From positions 10,976,001-11,040,000 of the forward strand of contig CM075991.1 in the NCBI GenBank assembly GCA_038087875.1: a stretch of DNA of 64,000 bases, written 5' to 3'. The translations under genes were made by a program, and so were the position numbers. This document shows positions 1 through 12,750 of this stretch, piece by piece. The notes under the pieces were generated by a model. The model had not been told where the DNA came from. It made no database searches and was given only the letters and a program-made list of their open reading frames with translations. This DNA is from Malacoraja senta. Lineage: Eukaryota. The stretch's first letter is position 1; every line of letters begins with the position of its first letter.

Positions 1-1289
1 TCTTAAACCTTTGTCCTCTGGTTCTTGATTTCCCCCCACTCTGGGTAAAAGACTCCATGCATTCACCCCATCTACTCCCCTCAACATCTTAAACCTCTAA
101 GATCACCCCTCATTCTCCTGGGCTCCAAGAAATAAAGTCCTAGCCTGTGCAACCACTCCCTATAGCTCAGGCCCTCAAGTACTGAAAACCATCCTCAATG
201 GATATTTTAAAGGCAGAGATAGACAAATTCTTGATCAGAAGCGGTGTCAAATGTTATGGGGAGAAGGCAGGAAAATAGGATTAGGAGGCAGAGATCAGCC
301 AAGATTGAATGGCAGAGTAGATACAATGGGACGAAAGGACTGATTCTACTCCTATAACGTGAAGTTGTGAACTTGTGAATAGAGGGCGTAAGAGTAGAAC
401 AACAACAAAGACTACTTCCAAGTGTTTAAAAGTTGTAAGACATTGATACAGCTTTGCTCTGAAAAATACACAATCATTCATGTGATAGGAGCAGAATTAG
501 GCCATTCGGCCCAAGTCTACTCCTCCATCCAATCGTGGCCAATCTATTTCTTCCTCCTAACCCCATTTTCCTGCCTTCTCCCCATAACCTCTGACATCCG
601 TACTAATCAAGAATCTATCTATCTCTGCCTTAAAAATATCCGCTGCCTTGGCCTCCACAGCCTTCTGCGGCAAAGAATTCCACAGATTCACCACCCATGC
701 AAAAGGAACAGAACCTGAATTTAAATAATGCCATCACAATCTCAAAATATTTTTGAGCTCAAAGCATTTTGAAAGTGTAGTCATTGTTGTAACATAAGCT
801 TTTCACTGCACCTCGGCATACAGGACAATAAACTAAACTGTCGACAACTCTATGGCAGACAGTTGGTGAACAATATGCTGATACATGTGTAGGAAGAAAC
901 AGAAGAAGTCAGTCAGACTTTCAGTCTGAAGAATGGTCTCGACCCAAAACGTCATCCATTCCTTCTCTCCAGTGATGCTGCCTGACCCGTTGAGTTACCC
1001 CAGCATTTCGTGTCGATCTTCAGTGTGCTGATACAGTCGGTTTTGTTGGTGTGGTGAGAGATGGGTTTTGGCCAGGACACCAGAGATTGCTCAATAATAG
1101 CCATTCCTCCTCTCTTGAAATTAAAACCCAGCTGCCAGTGTCCTCTATACCGCAGGGGAAGTTAAAGGGATAGTGAAAGGGATAAGACTTCTTCAAAATG
1201 ATTAGGGATTTTGATGGGATGGATTAACAGGTGGTGACTAACCAGAGATAGACACAAGAGACTGCAGATGCTGGAATCTTAGAGTCAGA

Positions 1290-1830
1290 GTCATTGAGTG
1301 ATACAGTGTGGAAACAGGGCCTTCGGCCCAACTCGCCCACACCGGCCAACAATGTCCCAGCTACCCTAGTCTCACTTGCCTGTGCTTGGTCCATAACCCT
1401 CCAAAGCTGTCCTATCCATGTACCTGTCCAACTGTTTCTTAAATGGTGGGATAGTCCCAGCCTCAACTATCCCCTCTGGCAGCTTGTTCCGTACACCCAC
1501 CACCCTCTGTGTGAAAAAGTTACCCCTCGGATTCCTATTAAATCTTTTCCCCTTCACCTTGAACCTATGTCCTCTGGTCCTCGATTCCCCTACTCTGGGT
1601 AAAAGACTCAGTGCATCTACCCGATCTAATCCTCTCATGATTTTGTATACCTCTATAAAATCTCCCCTCATCCTCCTACGCTCCATGGAATAGAGACCCT
1701 CTCCCTATAGCTCACACCCTCTAGTCCTGGCACCATCCTCGTAATTTTTTTCTGAACCCTTTCAAGCTTGACAATATCTTTCCTATAACATGGTGCCCAG
1801 AACTGAACACAATATTCTAAATGTGGTGCA
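1290..1830 (-). mobile_element. CR1 (HER1-like) 3' fragment
   Basis: Minus ORF RRMRGDFIEVYKIMRGLDRVD...SRTRGHRFKV...FFTQRVV. Confidence 0.85.
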
Positions 1831-1929
1831 AAAATACAAGGAGTGTCCCACCCCTAAACCTCCTCCCTCCATTTCCTTCCACAGATGCTGCATGGCAGGT
1901 TGAGTTCTTCCGGCACAACTAAGCTTGAG

Positions 1930-2730
1930 GAGACAAGGATGTTATGAGGATGTTGCCAGGACTCGAGCTACAGGAGGAGGTTGAGCATTCCTTGACTTTA
2001 TTCCTAGGAGCGCAGGAGGATGAAGGGGTGATCTTTTAATGTGTACAAGCCTATGAGAGGAGTAGATCAGGTAATTTTTCTTCACACAAAGCGTGGTATG
2101 TATGTGGGACCAGCTGCCAGAGGAGATAATTGAGGCAAGTACTTTTACAATGTTTAAGAACCATTTGGACAGGTACATGAATAGGACTGTCATATGAGGA
2201 AAGATTGAAAAGAGTAGGCTTGTATTCACTGGAGTTTAGAAGGATGAGGGGGTATCTTATAGAAACATATAAAATTATAAAAGGACTAAACAAGCTAGAT
2301 GCAGGAAAAATGTTCCCAATGTTGGGCGAGTCCAGAACCAGGGGCCACAGTCTCAGAATAAAGGGGAGGCCATTTAAGACTGAGGTGTGAAAAAACTTTT
2401 TCACCCAGAGAGTTGTGAGTTTGTGGAATTCCCTGCCACAGAGGCCAAGTCACTGGATGGATTTAAGAGAGAGTTAGATAGAGCTCTAGGGGCTAGTGGA
2501 CTCAAGGGATATGGGGAGAAGGCAGGCACGGGTTATTGATTGGGGACGATCAGCCATGATCACAATGAATGGCGGTGCTGGCTCGAAGGGCCGAATGGCC
2601 TTCTCCTGCACCTATTTTCTGTGTTTCTGTGTGACAAGTCTAGAAGGATATTGGACCAAACGTAGGCAGGTGGGACTAGTGCAGATGGGGCATGTTGGTC
2701 GGCGTGGGCAAGTTGGGCCGCTGAGCCCGC
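1930..2730 (+). mobile_element. Nested CR1 3' fragments (younger copy ~2181-2630 inside an older one)
   Basis: Two CR1 ORF2 C-terminal/3'UTR sequences are interleaved. Confidence 0.75.
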
Positions 2731-4099
2731 TTCCACGCAGCTGGGCTCTCTGACAAGTAATTATGATGCGAATTTATCTTCGGAAAGAGCAGGGGGAGCA
2801 AATTTAAAAGTGACACTTAAAAACGAGATGGGCAACCATGCGTTGACGTCAGTTGTGACTGAGGGAGCCACGTCCTCGTTGTCGCTGGCGGCGCCGAGGG
2901 GTGAGTCGGAAAGTGGGAGGATGACATTATTCGGAGCGCCCTGGGCTCATGAAACTGCAATGAATTGACATTAGAAGCAGATCCAATTTAGATGCATTGA
3001 AATAACATCCCAGTAAAATGAACGAAAATAGACACAAATGCTGGAGTAACTCGGCGAGTTAAGGCAGCATCTCTGGTGACTGTCGAAGGGTCTCGACCCG
3101 ATGTTATGCTGCCCGGCCCCGAGCCGCTGTGTTACTCCAGCTGTTTGTGTCTATCTTCGGTTCAAATCGGCATCTGCGGTTCCTTCCTGCACAGCAAAAT
3201 GAACGAGCTATTTTGCGTTTAAATGAATGCTTCATCAGAGTCGAAATGGCCCAGCTCCGCGACCAGGTTTGCCGGAGCCTTCCCCTGCCGACCACCGGCG
3301 GTCGGCAGCCCCAGAAGAACACACGGCGCCGGGACATGATCGAACGGAACACGCAAACGCTGCCGCTGGCTGATGTACGAGAATTAGCTGGGCGGCAGGC
3401 AGCACAGTCTGAATTGGGATCTCGATCCGAAACGCCACCCATTCCTTCTCTCAATTACTCTAGCATTTTATGTCTACCTTCGTTGTAAGCCAGCATCTGC
3501 AGTTCCTTCCTACACAAACCTCACGGCGTTTAAGGCTGTCTAAACTGGGCATGCTTGGACTTGAATCTTGTCGCCAAGGACCTTGCATCATCGAAAATAA
3601 ATCACACAGCTCGGGATCAGCGTCGCTTTATAAAAAAAAAAGTAGCATTGAACCAGGAGTCAAGTGTGTTTAATTGCCAACGGAACAATGGAATTCTTAC
3701 TTGCTGCTCGTTAAACTGCTCCACTAACCCAATAATCAATAATGCCATTAATAATAGTATTACCTATTCATACTACTAATAATAGTATTAATACAATTAA
3801 TAATAGTAATACTAGGTGACCATAACTGTGCCAAAGCCAAGTCAGTAGGAGCAACCAACGATACAGATCAAACAATGAATTATGACGAAGATAGACACTA
3901 AATGCTGGAGTAACTCAGCGGGTCGGGCAGCATCTCTGGAGAGAAGGAATAGGTGACGTTTCGGGTTCTGAAATGTCACCCATTCCTTCTATCCAGAGAT
4001 GCTGCCTGTCCCGCTGAGTCCCTCCAGCATTTTGTGTCAGTCTTCGGTGAAAACCAGCAACTGCAGTTCCTTCCCACACACAGTGGATTAAAACGCACA

Positions 4100-4645
4100 G
4101 TTGCCGGAGTTAGAAGTCTTTCTCGTCCCCTCCCGGGCAGTGTAAGGGACGATGCACCTTGCTCCAGATCTGGTGAGAGGGGTCTCTGGGGACAATTGAA
4201 GAGGAGGGGGTGGAAGGGGAGGTCCCGCGGTTGTTATAGCGTTCCCTCCCCGAGCACTGACGTCTCCCGTGCAAAGAGGTTGTTTTTAAATCCACCCGCA
4301 GCCGCCTCCCATTTCTCAGTGTGTGTCTGCCAGGCGGCAGAACAGAAGCCAACACCTGTGGCTGTAACCACCGGGCGAGGACTAGACACTCGCCGCCGCT
4401 GCTGCAGCTGCAGACACTCAAAGCCACACATGGATCAGCAAAGTTTCACTTGGAAGCTCCAGCGAAGACCTGCCCGATGAAGGGGGAGGGCATGAGCGAA
4501 TTTGGTTGCGGGGTATCGCGGGCTGCTTCTGCCCAACATGCACGGAGCTTCTAAAGGTTAGAGGACAATCAGACTAAGGGGACGGGGTTCTCTCTCTGGA
4601 GAGGGAAGGAAGGGGGACGAGGGGAGGGTTGTCAGAGCCGCCGAC
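4100..4645 (+). promoter_or_regulatory. Probable proximal promoter/5'UTR of the tachykinin receptor (GC/CpG-rich, CRE-like TGACGTCT 4258-4265, AT-rich TTTTAAA ~4284-4290)
   Basis: Non-repetitive GC-rich stretch directly upstream of the ATG (good Kozak context GCCGACATGG). TSS unknown. Confidence 0.4.
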
Positions 4646-5037
4646 ATGGACATCGCCGCCGTCAATGGCTCCTGGAATGACTCCAGCCCCGGCAACGGCA
4701 CTGAGCCCACGGACACCAAATTCTTGCAGCCCAAGTGGTTGATCATCCTCTGGGCTCTAGCCTACTCCATCATGGTGGCGGTGGCCGTGTGCGGCAACCT
4801 GGTGGTCATGTGGATTATCCTGGCCCACAAGAGGATGAGGACGGTCACCAACTACCTGCTGGTCAACCTGGCCTTCGCCGAGGTCTCCATGGCCGCCTTC
4901 AACACCGTCATCAACTTTGTCTACAGCATCCACAACGACTGGTATTTCGGCGCCGGCTACTGCCGTTTCCAAAACTTCTTCCCCATCACGGCCATGTTCG
5001 CCAGCATCTACTCCATGACCGCCATCGCGCTAGACAG
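4646..5037 (+). CDS. TACR2: Tachykinin (neurokinin) receptor, coding exon 1 (N-terminus to DR of the DRY motif); most similar to substance-K receptor TACR2, paralog assignment tentative
   Basis: [13 protein letters not shown]...[21 protein letters not shown]...HNDWYFG...[24 protein letters not shown] is diagnostic of TACR1/2/3. The exon ends GACAG|GTGAAC (phase 2 inside Arg), the conserved TACR intron-1 position. ITAMF and HNDWYFG favour TACR2. Confidence 0.85.
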
Positions 5038-5334
5038 GTGAACTTTCTAATCGGGTTCGAAACCCCAATTCCCCTCCTGGGATAAATAAAGTTGTATCCC
5101 AAGGACTCCCTCCCCAAATGCATCATCCTCGCACGGGTACCGTGCGAGGGTGATGCATTTGGGGAGGGAGTCCGTGGGATTAGAGGAACAGATGTGGTTT
5201 TGCAAAATGTTTCAGGACGGAACTGCAGATGCTGGGTTAAACCGAAGATAGACACAAAAAGTTGGAGTAACATCTCTCATTCATTTGTTCCACATTTCCG
5301 TCTATATCTTTCGTTTCCCCCCCTCCCCCCCAGT

Positions 5335-5362
5335 CTGAAGAAGGGTCTCGACCCGAAACGTC
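5335..5362 (+). ncRNA. Minimal hammerhead motif, consensus-like copy
   Basis: CTGAAGA A GGGT CTCG ACCC GAAA CGTC. Confidence 0.55.
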
Positions 5363-7728
5363 AGCTGTTCATTTTCTCCGGAGATGCTGCCTGACCCGCT
5401 GGGTTACTCCAGCATGTTGTGTCTGCGAGCGATCTAGAGGAGCAGGTCAATAGACAATAGGTGCAGGAGTAGGCCATTCGGCCCTTCGAGCCAGCACCGC
5501 CATTCAATGTGATCATGGCTGATCATCCCCAATCAGTACCCCGTTCCTGCCTTCTCCCCATATCCCCTGACTCCGCTATTCTTCAGAGCCGTATCCCGCT
5601 CTCTCTTGAAAGCATCCAGAGAACCGGCCTCCACCGCCCTCTGAGGCAGATAATTCCACAGACTCGCCACTCTCTGCGAGAAAAAGTGTTTCCTCGTCTC
5701 CGTTCTAAATGGCTTACCCCTTATTCTTAAACTGTGGCCCCTAGTCCACGTATCCCTGGAGACAGCGGCACCCTCGGATAGCCTCGGTGGTTAAGAAGCA
5801 TATGGGATACTCAACGTTCAAGTATGAGAACAGGACGGCATGAAGTATTAGTGGTTAAGAAAGCATGCGAAACCCTCGCATTTTGAGTACAAGTCCAGAA
5901 AAGCACAAAATATTAGATGGATCATTTATCGCGGTGGTTAAGAAAGCTCGAGATAGAGTACTAGGTTCATAAGTTATAAGAGCAGAATCAGGTCATTCGG
6001 CCCATCAAATCTACACTGCCATTCAATCATGGCTGATCTATCTCTCCCTCCTAACCCCATTCTCCTGCCTTCTCTTAGAAATCTCTGCCTTCTCTGTCCA
6101 TGGAAAGTCATCAAATAAGCATGGAACCTCAGCAGTGAAGCTCAGTAGTGAAAAGGCTGATTGAATTCACTCCACTCTTTGGGATTTGAACCAGCCTTAC
6201 CATCTTAGTGTGCAGGAAGGAACTGCAGATGCTGGTTTACATCAAAGATAGACACAAAATGCTGGAGTAACTCTGCGGGACAGGCAGCATCTCTGGAGAG
6301 ATGGAATGGGTGACGTTTCGGGTCGAGGCCCTTCTTCAGTCAGGGGAGAGGGAAACTAAAGATATGGAAGGGTAAGGTGCGAAAACGGCAGAAAAGAACC
6401 TTCCTAGTCCATAAGACCATAAGCGATAGGAATAGAAATAGGCCATGCGGCCCATCAAGACTACTCCGCCATTCAATCATGGCTGATCTATCTTCCACTC
6501 TCAATCTCATTCTCCTGCCTTCTCCCCTTCAAGACCAGAAAGGTCTAAAATATTACATAGATCACGGATTACGGTGGTGAAAAAAGCATGCGAGATACTC
6601 GCGCTAGAGTGCAAGACCAGAAAGGTATAACATATTATATCATAGAGGTTAAGGAGACACGCGAGATACTTGAGTTAGAGTAAAACACCGGAAAGGTATA
6701 AAATATTAGATTGATCACAGCGAGCCCAATGTATACCGCCAGATCACCACGCTACAGGGACCACCAGGAATGGGGCAGAAATGTCCCAGGATACTCGAGA
6801 ACAGGGAGTCTGGAGAGCGATGGCTGTGCCGAGTTGCTAATCTGCAGCAGAGGAGGCTGATGGCAGGGTTAATCGAGGTTAATAAAATTCCCTAAAGCTC
6901 ATAGGGAAGCTCTCGTCTCCAGAACAGAGAGATCGAGGATGAAGGGAGGCAAGTGTGGTGGAAGATGGTGTTAAAAAACCCGTCAGAAATGTAGTTGGGT
7001 TCTGGAATTCTGAGTTCGTAAGAGCGACATGGACAGAACACGTGGAAGCAGTTCATGGGTGAACCCTGATGCGAATCAGACACGGGGCCAAAGTTATTGT
7101 GGGGGTTGGTTGGTTTTAGTGTAGTTTAACATCTTTCGTCCAGATGGGAATTCGTAGAATGGTCCCAATCCATCAGTCTGATGAAAGATGTAGGAATGAA
7201 CTGCTGATGACGTGATGTTGGCTCATACCGAAGATAGACACAAAATAGCTGTAGTAACTCAGCGGGGCAGGCAGCATCTCTGGAGAGAAGGAATAGGCGT
7301 CGTTTCGGGTCGAGACTGATGAAGGGTCCCGACCCGAAACGCCGTCTCTCCACCCCCCACACCCCCAGATGCTGCCCGACCCGCAGAGTTCCTCCCGCAC
7401 CAGGTGTTTTGTTCAAAATACCAGCATCTGCAGTTCCCCGAGTGTCCAATTCACACATATTGGGTTAACTCAGCGGGTCAGGCAGCAACTCTGGGGGAAG
7501 GGATTGGCCACATTTCGGGTCGGATTCATGTTCTCCAGAGATGCTGCTTCATCCACTATGTTACTCATGTTCTCCAGAAATACTGCTTTACCCACTATGT
7601 TACTCCAGCACTTTGTATTTTGTTGGGGAAACAGCATCTGCAGGTCCTTGTTTTTCCAATTGGGAGGTCTTTTTTTTCTTCTTTTTTTTTCCAACCTCAA
7701 GTCATGTTCTATCCATCTGCGTCAACGC

Positions 7729-7730
<2 letters not shown>

Positions 7731-7768
<38 letters not shown>
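7731..7768. repeat. (GT)19 microsatellite
   Basis: Read directly from the sequence. Confidence 0.98.
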
Positions 7769-7769
<1 letters not shown>

Positions 7770-8619
7770 GTTTGGTCTACCACGCCACACGAGAGTCCTT
7801 ATCTCGCCACAATGTCCCCGAATCTAATCTGAAGTAGGGTCTCCACCCGAAACGTCACCCATTCCTTCTCTCCAGAGATGCTTATGCTGTCTGACCCGCT
7901 GAGTTACTCCAGCTTTTTGTGTCTATCTTCGGCTTAAACCAGCATTTGCTGTTCCTTCCGACACTATTTTTTTTCCACACTCCTGTTGGCGCAATGTAGT
8001 CGCTGCCGCCGCCGTTAGCAGGCTTGGAGTTGGCACTTTATTTGCCCTCACAGAGGCAGGGAGAATGTGCAGAATTCCACCGCTCCCACAAGGAAAATGT
8101 GCACAGGAACACGGACCAGGGTCTGAAGAAAGGATTCCCCACCTGAAACGTCGCCAGCCCATTCCCTCCACAGATGCTGCCCGGCCCGCCGAGTTCCCCC
8201 AACACTTGTTGTGAAGAAGGGTCTCGACCCGAAACGTCTCGCATTCCATCTCTCCAGAGATGCTGCCTGTCCCGCTGAGTTAGTCCAGCATTTTGTGTCT
8301 ATCTGCGGTTTAACCCAGCATCTGTAGTTCCTGTTAAAGAAGGAACTGCAGATGCTGGAAAATCGAAGGCAGACAAAAATGCTGGCGAATCTCAGCGGGT
8401 GCAGCAGCATCTATGGAGCGAAGGAGATAGGCAACGTTTCGGGCCGAACCCCTTCTTCAGACTGATGTCCTGACTAACTACTAATCTGTAGTTCCTTCCT
8501 GCACACTTGGTGTGTTGCTCACGATGCCAACAGCTGCAGTTTGTTCCGCGCTCCCAATCTTGTCCCTCCTTTGAACGTTTAAGACGGTCGGACACGAAGA
8601 CAGAGATTCGAGCTGCCTT

Positions 8620-9215
8620 ATCAAGTCACAAGTGATTGGAGTAGAATTGGGCCATTCGACCCATCGTCCACTCCGCCATTCAATCACGGCTGATCTATCC
8701 CTCCCCCCCCCCCAACCCCATTCTCCAACCTTCCCCCCCCAGAACCCCTGACACCTGTACTAATCAAGAATCTATCTCTGCCTTAAAAAATATCCACCGA
8801 CTTGGCCTCCACAGCCTTCTGTGGCAAAGAATTCCACAGATTCATCACCCTCTGACGAAATACATTCTCCTCGTCTCCTTCCTAAAAGAGCATCCTTTAA
8901 TTCTGCGGCTATGGCCTCTAGTCCTAGACTCTCCCACTCTTGGAAACATCCCCTCTATATAAGCCATATATATATTCCATATATATATATATTCTATATA
9001 TCAATGAGGCCCCCGCCCCCTCATTCTTCTCAACTCCAACGGGTACAGGCCCAGTGCCGACAAACGCTCATCATAGATTATCCTACTGATTCCTGGGATC
9101 TTTCTTGGAAACCTCCTCTGGACCCTCTCCAGAGCCAGCACATCCTTCCTCAGATATGGTCCTCCAAATTGCCGACAATATTCCAAATACGGCCTGACCA
9201 GCGCCTTATAGAGCC
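8620..9215 (-). mobile_element. CR1 3' fragment (degenerate)
   Basis: Antisense MEYCRQFGGPYLRKDVLALERVQRRF; CR1 3'UTR. Confidence 0.8.
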
Positions 9216-9294
9216 TCAGTATAATATTGTATCGAAGATAATATTGTACAGTATAATATTGTACAGTATAATACAGTATAATATTGTATCGAAG

Positions 9295-10766
9295 ATAGCA
9301 AACGTAACCCCACTTTTTAAGAAGGGAGGGAGAGAGAAAACGGGGAATTACAGACCAGTTAGTCTAACATCGGTAGTGGGGAAACTGCTAGAGTCGGTTA
9401 TTAAAGATGGGATAGCAGCACATTTGGAAAGTGGTGAAATCATTGGACAAAGTCAGCATGGATTTATGAAAGGTAAATCATGTCTGACGAATCTTATAGA
9501 ATTTTTCGAGGATGTAACTAGTAGCGTGGATAGGGGAGAACCAGTGGATGTGGTGTATCTGGACTTCCAGAAGGCTTTCGACAAGGTCCCACATAAGAGA
9601 TTAGTATACAAACTTAAAGCACATGGCATTGGGGGTTCAGTATTGATGTGGATAGAGAACTGGCTGGCAAACAGGAAGCAAAGAGTAGGAGTAAACGGGT
9701 CCTTTTCACAATGGCAGGCAGTGACTAGTGGGGTACCGCAAGGCTCAGTGCTGGGACCCCAGCTATTTACAATATATATTAATGACCTGGATGAGGGAAT
9801 TGAAGGCAATATCTCCAAGTTTGCGGATGACACTAAGCTGGGGGGCAGTGTTAGCTGTGAGGAGGATGCTAGGAGACTGCAAGGTGACTTGGATAGGCTG
9901 GGTGAGTGGGCAAATGTTTGGCAGATGCAGTATAATGTGGATAAATGTGAGGTTATCCATTTTGGTGGCAAAAACAGGAAAGCAGACTATTTTCTAAATG
10001 GTGGCCGACTAGGAAAAGGGGAGATGCAGCGAGACCTGGGTGTCATGGTACACCAGTCATTGAAAGTAGGCATGCAGGTGCAGCAGGCAGTGAAGAAAGC
10101 GAATGGTATGTTAGCTTTCATAGCAAAAGGATTTGAGTATAGGAGCAGGGAGGTTCTACTGCAGTTGTACAGGGTCTTGGTGAGACCACACCTGGAGTAT
10201 TGCGTACAGTTTTGGTCTCCAAATCTGAGGAAGGACATTATTGCCATAGAGGGAGTGCAGAGAAGGTTCACCAGACTGATTCCTGGGATGTCAGGACTGT
10301 CTTATGAAGAAAGACTGGATAGACTTGGTTTATACTCACTAGAATTTAGGAGATTGAGAGGGGATCTTATAGAAACTTACAAAATTCTTAAGGGGTTGGA
10401 CAGGCTAGATGCAGGAAGATTGCTCCCGATGTTGGGGAAGTCCAGGACAAGGGGTCACAGCTTAAGGATAAGGGGGAAATCCTTTAAAACCGAGATGAGA
10501 AGAACTTTTTTCACACAGAGAGTGGTGAATCTCTGGAACTCTCTGCCACAGAGGGTAGTCGAGGCCAGTTCATTGGCTATATTTAAGAGGGAGCTAGATG
10601 TGGCCCTTGTGGCTAAAGGGATCAGAGGGTATGGAGAGAAGGCAGGTACGGGATACTGAGTTGGATGATCAGCCATGATCATATTGAATGGCGGTGCAGG
10701 CTCGAAGGGCCGAATGGCCTACTCCTGCACCTAATTTCTATGTTTCTATGTTTCTATGTTTCTATA
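9295..10766 (+). mobile_element. 5'-truncated young CR1-clade LINE with an uninterrupted RT frame
   Basis: ANVTPLFKKG...YLDFQKAFDKVPH...GVPQGSVLGP...KFADDTKL to stop 10659; CR1 3'UTR and (TTCTATGT)n tail. Confidence 0.95.
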
Positions 10767-11484
10767 GGACACAGAATGCTGGCGTAACTCAGCGGGTCAG
10801 GCAACATCTCTGGAGAAAAGGAATAGGTGACGGTTCGGGTTTAGCCCCTTCTTCAGACCCGAAACATCGCCTATTCATTTTCTCCAGAGATGGTGCCTGA
10901 CCCGCTGAGTTACTCCAGCATTTTGTGACTATCCTCGGTGTAAACCAACACCTGCAGTTCCTTCATACACACTTCATTGTACAGAGTTCGGCGCCCGGTC
11001 CTAATGCATCCCGTCTCCTGCTCTGCGCTATATTTTCCAACTCAAAAGGCTCAACCTAACCGGGGTATCTACCAATCTTTCACATTGCCATTTTATCATT
11101 ATACCCAATGCACACAGACTCACCAGAAAGTTGGTTTGAAAAAAACTACAGATGCTGAGATTCTAACGCACTAACAGAGCATGTTGGATCTTTGGCAGTC
11201 GATGGATATTAAGTTAACCTTTTCATTGAAATTCTTCTATCACAGCTGGCACCCGAGGGTGAAATCGCACCGTGCACTTTTTGGAAAAAGGCTGGTTGCG
11301 TTTTGTGAGAAATTGGGGGGACATTTAATTGAACGCAGATGGTTTTAGCTGGAGAAATCAATGAATTAATTGCACGAATTGATTGGGGATGGAAGGATCT
11401 GCAAATGCTGGAGTCTGGAGCGAAACACAAAGTGCTGGAGGAACTCAGCCAGTCAGGCAGCATCTGTGGAGAGAAGGAATGGGT

Positions 11485-11512
11485 GACGTTTCGGGTCGAG
11501 ACCCTTCTTCAG
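11485..11512 (-). ncRNA. Minimal hammerhead motif, consensus-like copy
   Basis: Reverse complement reads CTGAAGAAGGGTCTCGACCCGAAACGTC. Confidence 0.55.
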
Positions 11513-11949
11513 ACTGAAAGGCACTTTTCCCGTGACTCGACCCGAAACGTCACCCATTCCTTCTATCCAGAGATGCTGCCTGTCCCGCTGAAGTCTGAAG
11601 AAGGGTTTCGGCCCCAAACGTTGCCCATTTCCTTCGCTCCACAGATGCTGCCGCACCCGCTGAGTTTCTCCAGCACTTTTGTCTACCTCCGCTGAGTTAC
11701 TCCATATTTTTGTGCCGGTCTTCAGTTTAAACCAGCATCTCCTGTTCCTTCCTACACATTAAGTGCGGGGACCCTTCTTCAGTTAAATTAAGTTTACTTG
11801 GCGACGTTTCTTGCCATTAGTAAATATGCAATGGATCTGTCACGTTGAATATACTTGCAAGCAACGTTTTCGTTACAATGATAGCGGCGTCTAGCGTGCT
11901 GGTTCTTGCAGAAGGCGTTTAACAGGTTGAACAGGAATCCATCGTCCTC

Positions 11950-12750
11950 ATTGTACTGAGTATCGGAGTTGGGAGGCCATGGTGCAGTTGTACAAGACGT
12001 TGGTGTGAGGCCACATTTAGAGTATTGTGTTCAGTTCTGAGCACCATGTTTTAGGAAAGATGGTGTCAAGCTGGAAAGGGTACAGAGAAGATTTACAAGG
12101 ATAGACACAAAAAGCTGGAATAACTCAACGGGACAGGCAGCATCTCTGGAGAGAAGGGTGACGTTTCACCCACCCATTCCTTCTCTCCACAGATGCTGCC
12201 TGTCCCCGCTGAGTTACTCCAGCTTTTTTTTGTGTCTAGCTACGGTTTAAACCAGCATCTACACTTCTTTTTTACATATTTACAAGGATGTTGCCAGGAC
12301 AAGAGGGTCTGAGCTATTGGGAGAGGTTGAGAGGGCTGGGACTCCATTCCATGGAGCACAGGAGGATAAGATGATCCTACTGAGGTGCATAAAATCATGG
12401 GAGGAATAGATAGGGTAGATACACAAATTCTCTTGCCCAGAGTAGGGGAGTCAAGGACCAGAGGACATAGATTTAAGGTGAAGAGGAAAAGATTTAATAG
12501 GAATCCGTGGGGTAACTTTTTCTACACAAAGGGTGGTGGGTGTATGAAACAAGTTGCCAGAGGAGGTAGTTGAGGCAGGGACTATCCCAACATTTAAGAA
12601 ACAGTTAGGTATGTGGATAGGACAGGTTTGGAGGGATATGGACCAAACATGGGCAGGTAGGTCAAGCGTAGCTGGGACATGTTGGCCGATGTGTAAGTTG
12701 GGTGGAATGGCCTATTTCCACGCTGTATCACACTATAACTATGACTCTAC
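11950..12750 (+). mobile_element. CR1 3' fragment interrupted by a Penelope-end fold-back insertion (12103-12277)
   Basis: CR1 homology on both sides; direct repeat ATTTACAAGGAT at 12091-12102 and 12278-12289. Confidence 0.8.

Noticed and set aside
5785..6720. CRISPR-like array
   Set aside because: Eukaryotic context, degenerate tandem units with no unique spacers, and no cas genes.
8821..10659. 612-aa ORF as a novel RT fusion protein
   Set aside because: The first ~160 codons are antisense CR1 and AT-rich filler with a non-ATG start; only the CR1 RT part is real coding ancestry.
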